A DNA stretch of 64,000 nucleotides from Flaccisagitta enflata (taxonomy: Eukaryota): the NCBI GenBank assembly GCA_965153355.1, contig OZ231126.1:10850001-10914000 (forward strand). Direction: 5' to 3'. Under the pieces are notes generated by a model. It ran no database searches. It had not been told where the DNA came from and was given only the letters and a program-made list of their open reading frames with translations. Position numbers and translations under genes: made by a program. The first letter of the stretch is position 1, and the number at the start of each line of letters is the position of its first letter. Below are positions 55,655 to 64,000 of the stretch, piece by piece.

Positions 55655-55832
55655 TGCCACCGTCGTCGCAGCGCCATAAAGTGCGAGACTCGGCACGTTT
55701 GGGCGTTGTTGTGCTGTTAAGTGGCGTCGTTGCGCTGTTCAACGGCGTCGTGGCGTCGTAAAGCGGCGACGGTTGGATCTCAACCTCGTCATTGCCGTGG
55801 AAAGCAACTTGAGGATACGTGTACTCGGACAT
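51110..55832 (-). pseudogene. Type II membrane receptor pseudogene: cytoplasmic tail, TM anchor, long coiled coil, at least 3 C-type lectin domains and one SRCR domain
   Basis: Exon 55661-55832 (MSEYTYPQV...RCDD) splices in phase 1 to a large exon starting at 54744 (WKIWNSFLLITILLFVVAL). QNQS-repeat coiled coil. CTLD motifs KCYY..AQEFC..FWIG..WFICE and AQATC..YWIG. SRCR LRLYGG..EGNV..VCDDGWDNTDARVVCRELG..AAGVRC. Lesions: frameshift at 53920-53924, stops at 53125, 52606, 52519, a frameshift and stop near 52030-52050, and more below 51266. Confidence 0.85.
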
Positions 55833-58800
55833 GACAGAGTTGTCCAAAAGCCTGAGGAAACAAGTAACGCAGGGTTACCAACTTGTCGCAGAAGGGTGGG
55901 CGCACGGGCAGGCCTGATTTTAGCTATTTCTTTGACTGAGCCTTTTGGGCTCACTTCTCACAATTTGACTGAGCCCGATCGGAAAACAGCGAGCCCGTTT
56001 AAAGACGTCATAAAACCCTAATTTGCATATTGAAGTTACGAGGAAAAAGATTTTGTTTGAGCGGAAAACAAACACTTTTCCTATCGATTACTGAATGAGA
56101 CTATTCTGCCATCATCAAAATCTATTTGGTGGATTAAACTAAGTACTTTCGACGATTTTCAACTATTTTGCCGCAACAAACCTTCTCTCATCTGAATTGT
56201 CATGATGGATTTTATGTTGGAGGAGCATTATATAAAGAAATCCACAACTCTATTAATAAATCAAGAAACGAAAAGTAAAATTTTTTTTTGCCTTCTTTTT
56301 GAAATGACCTGAGGATCGGGTCGTCACAAGTTGCAACGCAGTAGAACGTATAGTTCCTTTTACAGAACAGCTGATATGCAGCACGATATGCAGCTTAATT
56401 TGTGAGAGCCTCCCGGGCTCACATCTCGCACAACATAAACGCCCGACAGCAAAATAGAGAGCATCGGGCTCGCGGGCTCGCCTTAAAATCAGGCCTGATG
56501 CACGGCGCGGGCGTTCAACCCCCATCCACACCCCAACCCCGACCCCCCCACACACAAGCATCTAGAACGCTTGTTTTTCCACTCTTTGACTCGATTAGCA
56601 CGGAACGACAGACGGACAGACGGACAAACGGACAAAGCCTAGTCCGCGACTAAAAAGCAAAATGGTTAGTCGCATGCAATGAGGCTGCATAAACATCGGT
56701 TGGTCCGTCAGTTTATCCGTCTGTAACGAATCAAGTGAGTAACATGAACCCGATCTAAATTAGAACCATCTAAATTGGAACCGTTGTCTTACCGTTGTCG
56801 CAAAAAGAGTACTCGAGTAGCGTGGACTCAATTGGAAATTGTGTCTCAACGTTGATCGAAAAGCATAACAGAGAAACGATGATGAGAGACAATCCCAACT
56901 GCCTTTTTAAACCATTCCGGTGGGATTTTGAGAGGAGTAAATTCCAGAGAAATAACCGAATATTATCATGATATACATTTCAAATATGTTTATTTGGAGA
57001 AGAACTTTGGGACGAAAACGAAAATTTCGAGTCATTCTTGAGAAAGTCCCTATGCAATTACCCTTCCGCAAAACTAAAAATAATCATACCCATAAAGGCG
57101 GCTCTCGCCGTAGGAAAAAAGTCATAAGTGCGAGGTTTTGGAATTTCTTGTGATTGTGTTTTGTCTAGTTGTTTGCCTTTTTTTTTCTCTGGGCATCTTT
57201 TTGGTTTGTTCTTTTCTCTACATGTGTTTCTCTGTTTGTTCTTTGTTTGCCCGTCTCTTCCTCTCTTTCTCTCTCCCATTCTCATTTTCTCTCTCCCCTT
57301 TTCTCTCTCTCTCCCCTTCTCTCATGTAACACGGTGTTACAATAAAGTTGCGGACAGGTGGACAGAGGCATCCACACCCCAACCTCAACCTCAACCCCCA
57401 CACACAAGCATCAGACCGCTTGTTTTTCCACTTTTTCACTTGGACGGACAGACAGACCAACAGACCAATGGATGGACTGACGGATAAAGCCTCTCATAGT
57501 GTCCAGAGTTGAATTGAGAGAGACTGTGCTGCCAGGATACACTATCATCACCTTGGACATTTCAATATTCAAATAGACTTCAACTAACTTGATTCCTCGT
57601 TTTTGGGAAAAATGCAAAAAAAGCAAAAAAATATAAAAAGATTTAAAAAATCATAGTTCCAAAACTATCAATCGCACAGAATTCTGCTTGGCGTCATCTG
57701 AAAGAGGAGAATTAGCTCTTTCTTAGCTATTAATTTCATGCGTAGTCCCATTCTGCCCGAAAAATGCATCAACTTGCCCAAACGCCTCTTAAAACAAAGG
57801 GAAATCCGTTTTCCTCTGCAGGACTCAAAAAGACCGAAGGGACTTAGTCTCTTTGACTTTTTTCCAAATAAAACAGGGTTACAATGTCATTTTGGACAGG
57901 TGGACAGAGCCATCCAACCCCCTACCACACCCCAAACTGAACCCCCACACACAAGCATCTAGACCGCTTGTTTTTCCGCTTTTCCACTTGGACAGACAGA
58001 CGGCCCAACGGACTGATGGATGGACTGAGTTGAAAAGAGAGCAAGACTGTGATGCCAGGATGCACAATCATCACCTGGGATATTTCAAAGTTCAAATAGA
58101 CCTCAACTACAGGGTGTACCAACTCAGTTGTAACATAAAGAATCGATGTATCTCTGCTTCTAAAAAAGATAAACTAATTCTGAAAAAAATTCTAAAGAGC
58201 TTTTGAAAAACGATTTTTGCTGAATAAGAGGAAAATGATGGGAAGGTATTAACAGTCATGGAAAAATGGCTTGGAAGTACATGCCTTTTTGCAACCATTT
58301 TGCCATTTTTCATTGATCTCCTATGACAACTACTCCCTGTTTAGGTATCATCTGTAAATAATTTGATAAAACATGAAGAGTTGGACCCAAATTAAAGGTA
58401 TCCTGCATAGTGAAAGATAGAAAAATTCACATTTTTTGGAAAGATAGCATGATATTTGCCAAATTCATGCCTTTGAAAATCGAGTTGTTTTTTTTTAAAT
58501 GTGGTTTTGAAGAAAGAAAAAAGAAAATCTTCAATATTTTGAGGATGTTTTTTAATGGGGCCAAAAACTACTGCAAAAATTCTTCAATTTGGGACCAATC
58601 TCAGGTCTCTAGCTCAATCCGTTTAGAAATGAGAGCCTCTTAAAGAAAAAGTGTCTATGAGCAATGTCAGCCAAAATTGCAAATTGAGAAATAGCTGCAT
58701 TATTTCAGGTTGTGAATGTGTAAAATTCTTTTCTGGACGGAAAAATTTTATTAGCGCTATAGCATGAGCAAAAATCGTTTTTTAAGAGCTCTTTGGAACT

Positions 58801-60615
58801 TTTTTTCAGAATGGGATTATCTTCTTTAGAAGCAGAGATACATCGATTCTTTATGTTACAACTGAGTTGGTACACCCTGTAACTCGATTCCTTGTTTTTG
58901 GGAAAAATGCGAAAAAACAAAAAAAGATTTAAAAAATTGTAGCTCCTAAACTATCGATCACACAGAATTCTGCTTGGCGTCATCTGAAAGAGGAGAATTA
59001 GATCTTTCTTAGCTATTAATTTCATGCGTAGTACCATTTGGCCCCAAAAGCTTACCAACTTTCTCAAACGCCTCATGAGAAAAAAGGGAAATCGGAAAAA
59101 CTAGTTGAGTAGCAGATGATGAATGAATAAATGAATTTTGTTGACCCCCCCCCCCAAAAAAAAAAAATTCGCGTGCAACGTGACTCTACACCCCGCTTTG
59201 TTGGTCTGTCCGTCCATCTGTCGGTCCATCCATCCGTCCATCACACTTTCCTTTTTCGGCGTTTATGGGGTTTTTGGCCATGCTGCTTCTGCCCGAATGC
59301 TCCACTGACCTCAAATATGGCCCCTGCCCACTTGCACGCGACGGGGGTAGCTTGGTATCTGGCTTAGTTTAAACCACCGGTTGATTAGTTGGTTGTCAAT
59401 AAATGCTGCTCTCAACAAATCCATTACTTTGAATCTTTTTAGTCGCTGGCTTTGCGACTATATAAGAGGTTGTGTCTTTAGGAAGGAAGGTGCAAAGGTC
59501 GGGAACGCGAAACTTGGACGACGTGAAATCGGCTAAACATCTGCCCACTTCACCGCCCCGCCCTCACACATACCGCCCCAGCCCAACCGGAATACTGCCC
59601 ATGCTCACCCACATTACTATCGGCTAAACATCTGCCCACTTCACCGCCCCGCCCTCACACATACCGCCCCAGCCCAACCGGAATACTGCCCATGCTCACC
59701 CACATTACTATCGGCTAAACATCTGCCCACATCACCGCCCCGCCCTCACACATACCGCCCCAGCCCAACCGCAATTCTGCCCATGCTCACCCACATTACT
59801 GCTCCTGCCCACCCACTAGCGACTACTTATTGGCCGTCACTGTGCTTTTAATAGAATTTTGAGTGAAAAGTCATATAACTGCGGGTTTTTCTGCATTTTT
59901 GTGTAGTATTGGGGTGTAAGAGCATGTAACTAGCAAAAATAAAATCAGATCAGATTTTTTTGAGTTGTATTAACTCATTTTTTGATTCCATGTTGTTATT
60001 CTATGCAAAATTCCCTTTCATTTGATAGGTCACACTATATGGTTTGAAGCAGAAATAAAGATTTCATATTTTGAGCCACCGTTGTTTTTTTGTAACGGTG
60101 ACTCAAGAAATTTAAATCTAAATTCTTTGAAAACGTATAGAGTGCGACCTATCAAATGAAAGGGAATTTTGCATCGATTAACAACATGGAGTCAAAAATT
60201 AAGTCAACACGCCTCAGTAGAATCTGCATTGAAAATAGATCCAATTTTTTGCTTATTTTGATGATTACTCAAAAAGCGCTAGGGGAGTGATTTTGTTTTT
60301 ACTCTTGATAAGTTATTGCACTCTTTTACCACACAAATCTGCGGAAAAACCCACTGTTTTATGACTTATCACTCAGAAGTGTTTTAAAAGCCGAGTGCCT
60401 TGTTTTTTAGAAGCGTGATGGAGAAAGCCAGTTGATATGAAACACCCTGTATTGCAAGCATGCTTAATGCTTACCATGTTGGTGCCCTAAAATATTCCTC
60501 CTGTTGTGGAATGACTATTGACTAGATATGAGGGAAAAAAACATCCTACTACTATTTCAAAACATTGCCATCATTGATAATTGACAAACTCTTTTCCATT
60601 TTACTGTGACTATCT
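53789..60615 (-). repeat. Right arm of the ~6.9 kb inverted duplication
   Basis: Reverse complement of 28249-35145. This arm is continuous with the rest of the lectin gene. Confidence 0.97.
55557..55654. repeat. (GCC)n trinucleotide tract (interrupted counterpart at 33263-33377)
   Basis: Directly visible. Confidence 0.95.
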
Positions 60616-60913
60616 TTTTTCAGAAAGCGATACATCTCATTCGTTATTCAACATTTCAAGAAATTTATCAGTAACACAATAATTCAGATTCATGTTTCAA
60701 TGACGTGGGGGGGGGGGGGATTCAAGAGAATCAGTGCGGGTGTGCGGGTGAAAAAACCGAAATCCACACCACTCTTATTTATATCGAGCTTGTAGTTATA
60801 TCAAGCTTATGTTTCACCAGAGGTGCCGATTTTGTGTAGCACGGTAGGAACGCTACGCGGCAGGAGAGCAAAGTGCGGCAGACACGGCCGGCCTAGGATT
60901 CAGGAGGATACAG

Positions 60914-60915
60914 GA

Positions 60916-60995
<80 letters not shown>

Positions 60996-61066
60996 AAAAA
61001 ATAAGAAAGAAAGAAAGAGAGAAAGAGAGAAAGAAAGAAAGAAAGAATGAAAGAAAGAAAGAAAAT

Positions 61067-61146
<80 letters not shown>

Positions 61147-61147
61147 A
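60914..61147. repeat. (AAAG)n microsatellite
   Basis: Directly visible. Confidence 0.95.
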
Positions 61148-62585
61148 GGATCCTCCAATGTGTAAATTTGATGAAGTCTGCGTAGGTGATTCATTCGTCA
61201 GTGGATCTAATCCTCATTTGCATATTGGAGTTTTTTTTATTTCTTACGATACATAACATTCTTTACCAAGAAAAAAAGTTATTTGTTATCGTCGATTTAT
61301 GATCTATTTTAACGACTGTAAAAAGCCCCGTGACAACGAAAATAAGCAAGCATGATTGATTTAATTCTAGAATCTCTTTTCTTTCAACTATCATTGAGTT
61401 TTGTTTGAAAGGAAAGATAGTCTAAAAAAATTACTTTTCTTCCGTAGAATCGTCCTTTGTGTTTTGCCTTTAAAACACTGCAAAAGCAAAAACAGTTGAT
61501 TGGGAGTTTGGGACTGTTACTGCTTGGATAGAAAATGGATATCCCCCGCCCGCTTAAAGGTGGTTGTATCCTATGGTGCTAACTGTGGGTGACTGAAACT
61601 CGCCAGAATTAGTTAGAATATTTCATTAAGTAGTTAGAAAATTAGTTAGTTGTGATAACATATGTATGAACATGAAAATAGTATAAGAATTGTTGATTAG
61701 ACCAAAGATAAGAGAATATGTATGCATAGGGAAGGTTCAGGCTTTCTTTTCTGTGTGGAGGGATAAGATGTGACGATAAGAGCCTTTTCAAGCTGGGGCT
61801 GAAAAAAAAAAAAATAAAACTAACTAGTTTAAAAACAAATGAACTAACTGATAGACATGCACTCTTTCATGCATTAGTTTATGCATCTTTAGAACAAATA
61901 GTCTGCAGTCTACAGTTTATGTATCTTTAGTCTTAGAACAAATAGTCTGCAACAATCTTGTAAAAGCTTAATAACAGGACAAAAAATTGTCAAAATATAT
62001 GCCAGCTGTGACTGTAAAATTGAGAACGTATAATCAAATCTAAAAGAAAAAATTAGGAAAAAAAAAACAGGAAAAAATAGCTAGAATATCATAATGCTTA
62101 TCAAAAATAACTAAAATTAGCTAAAAATTGCATGATTAGCTAGACTTTTTTTCAAACTTTGCCAGAATTAGCTAGGTATAGCTAGATTAGTCAGATGAAT
62201 TATTAAAATTTCCTGGAATTAGCTCGATTTAGCTAGTTTAGCTAGGTCTTTCTCAAAAAAGATAATTAGTTAGATAATTAGCTAGTAGCAAGATCCCCAA
62301 ATTCTGTAGCAAAGAGGCTTTCAAATTCGCTAGGAAAAGCTACAAAATCGCTAAATTAGCAGCAGAGGTCGTATCAATAGTGTTGCTCATAATTATGAGG
62401 GACCTGTAGCGCTAAAGCGTGACTGGTTTCAATTGCAGGCGAAAGAAAGAGTTAAATGTTGTCATGTTTCAAAAATGTTCGTAAACAACAAGATGAGTCT
62501 GCTGCATATAACTTTGAAAATTTTCATGCATTAAGATATTCGTTAACCATCTTTTTGTCTGTCTGTCTGTCTCTTTCTCACTGTC

Positions 62586-62656
<71 letters not shown>

Positions 62657-63430
62657 TTTCAGACTACCATTCCAATTAAAGAACTCAACATTTTTTTTTG
62701 CCCCACTGTTATACCTTTCTTTAATGCTTAATGTTATACCTTTCTTTAATGCCAATTCTTAGTTACCCTTTGCCTGAGTTTGTGGATTTCTATTTTTCGA
62801 CTGTTTAAAAAACTTGAAATTTAGTTTGACACTTTTCTTGCGTCCGTCACAACTTCCCTCATGTCCATCTGCTTATGCAATCAATCAGTTAATCAATCAG
62901 TCTGCCTGTCCATAAGTCAATACTGCAAAAGTATGTGTGTGTGCCATAGATGCGCTCTCCCTGGCTTGAGCTGTTTATGAGAAAGCTTACAAGCATATCT
63001 GTCTGAGCTTGGGGTTATGCTACCACTTTTAAACAAGCACTTGGCTTTACTAAATTATGAAGTTTGTCTCTGAAAAGAGAAAAATAACAAGGCCGGATAC
63101 ACGGCCAATACCAGTTGCGGACGGGTGGGCAGGGGCGGAAATGCGCGTTTTCACACTTTCCAACTCGATCACCACGGACCAACGGACGGACCAACGGACG
63201 GACCAACGGACGGACCGACTGACTGACGGACGAACAAAGCCTCTTATGGAGTAGCGTGTCCGCAACTAAAAATACCAAATATTTGCCATTTATCTGATGG
63301 AGTGATATTCTTAGTTGCGGACACGCAACTCTATAAGAGGCTTTGTCCGTCCGTCCGTCCATCCGTCCGTTCGTCGGTTCTTTGGTCCGTTCGTCCGTGT
63401 GCACGAGTCAAAAAGTGGGAAAACGAGAGC

Positions 63431-63975
63431 TTTTTGGGCAGCGGCCCCAAAGGGCCGATGTCCTGTAGAACACAGGGGGGAATTTCAAGATGTCCGTCCT
63501 TCCGTCCGTCCGTCCGTTCCCCCCCCCCCGTTGACCATCAAGGCTTCAGATTAGCCCTCCCAGACGTCAGATTAGCCCTCCCAGACCTCAATTTAGCCCT
63601 CCAGGCCTCAAATCAGCCCTCATGGCTTCAAATCAGCCCCCCCCATGCCTCAAAACTGCCCTCCAGACCTCAAATCTGCCCTCCAGACCTTCAATCAGCT
63701 CTCCAAGCATGAAACCAGCCCTCCAAACCTCAAATCAGCACTCTGTGCCTTAATCATGCCCTCCGGCCCTCAAATATGCCTTCAGTGGCCTATATCAACC
63801 ATCTAGAGCCCCTTCAGGATAGACGGAAGGACGGATGTCTCGAAATTCCCCCCTGTGTTCTACAGGACATCGGCCCTTTGGAGCCACTGCCCTGCTCTCA
63901 CTCCACTTCTTCACTGGATCACTCCCAGCAGGGCATCGGGTACCGCTGACCATGTGCGATCCTTGGATGACTAGT
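63431..63975. mobile_element. GGGCAGCGGCCCC-family Helentron-like element inserted into an agtcgcg/agttgcg-family element
   Basis: TTTTGGGCAGCGGCCCC start, 21-bp array, inverted CCCCTGTGTTCTACAGGAC, and hairpin end GGGCATCGGGTACCGCTGACCATGTGCGATCC. Confidence 0.75.
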
Positions 63976-64000
63976 TATGTATGTATCTGTGTTGGGTGGG

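Noticed and set aside
28249-60615. Whole 32-kb unit as a giant TIR transposon (Maverick/Polinton or foldback)
   Set aside because: No target-site duplication seen at the outer edges and no polB, integrase or capsid genes. The arms consist of host gene sequence and small repeats.
60616-60650. Joining 35146 to 60616 reads KVWIA-VFQKAIHL, reminiscent of the BEL integrase motif FTC..TRAVHLE
   Set aside because: The Cys-containing residues are missing and similarity does not continue (stop soon after, AT-rich). Probably chance, so not used as evidence.

Overview
Repeat-rich animal genomic DNA, probably from a spiralian/lophotrochozoan invertebrate judging only from a xenopsin-like opsin. It holds two internal exons of a FAM172A/ARB2A homologue (+, 4054-5105) buried in tandem clusters of non-autonomous Helentron-like elements. 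Four clear exons and one tentative exon of an opsin lie on the - strand (17786-21250; Lys296 in FAKT, DRY, E181). A ~6.9 kb inverted duplication (28249-35145 / 53789-60615) encloses 18.6 kb. That interval contains a degraded BEL/Pao LTR retrotransposon cut off inside its integrase, the 3' body of a disrupted type II coiled-coil/C-type-lectin/SRCR receptor gene, and the missing TM2-TM3 exon of the opsin on the OPPOSITE (+) strand (43995-44122). That exon joins the - strand exon at 21250 in phase and with exact rhodopsin TM3 spacing. The opsin is therefore split by an inversion bounded by long inverted repeats, and flipping the inner segment would repair it. Whether this is a fixed or polymorphic inversion, an invertible switch, or an assembly artefact cannot be decided from sequence alone. 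The rest is MITEs, mini- and microsatellites. All coordinates were read by eye and no searches were run.
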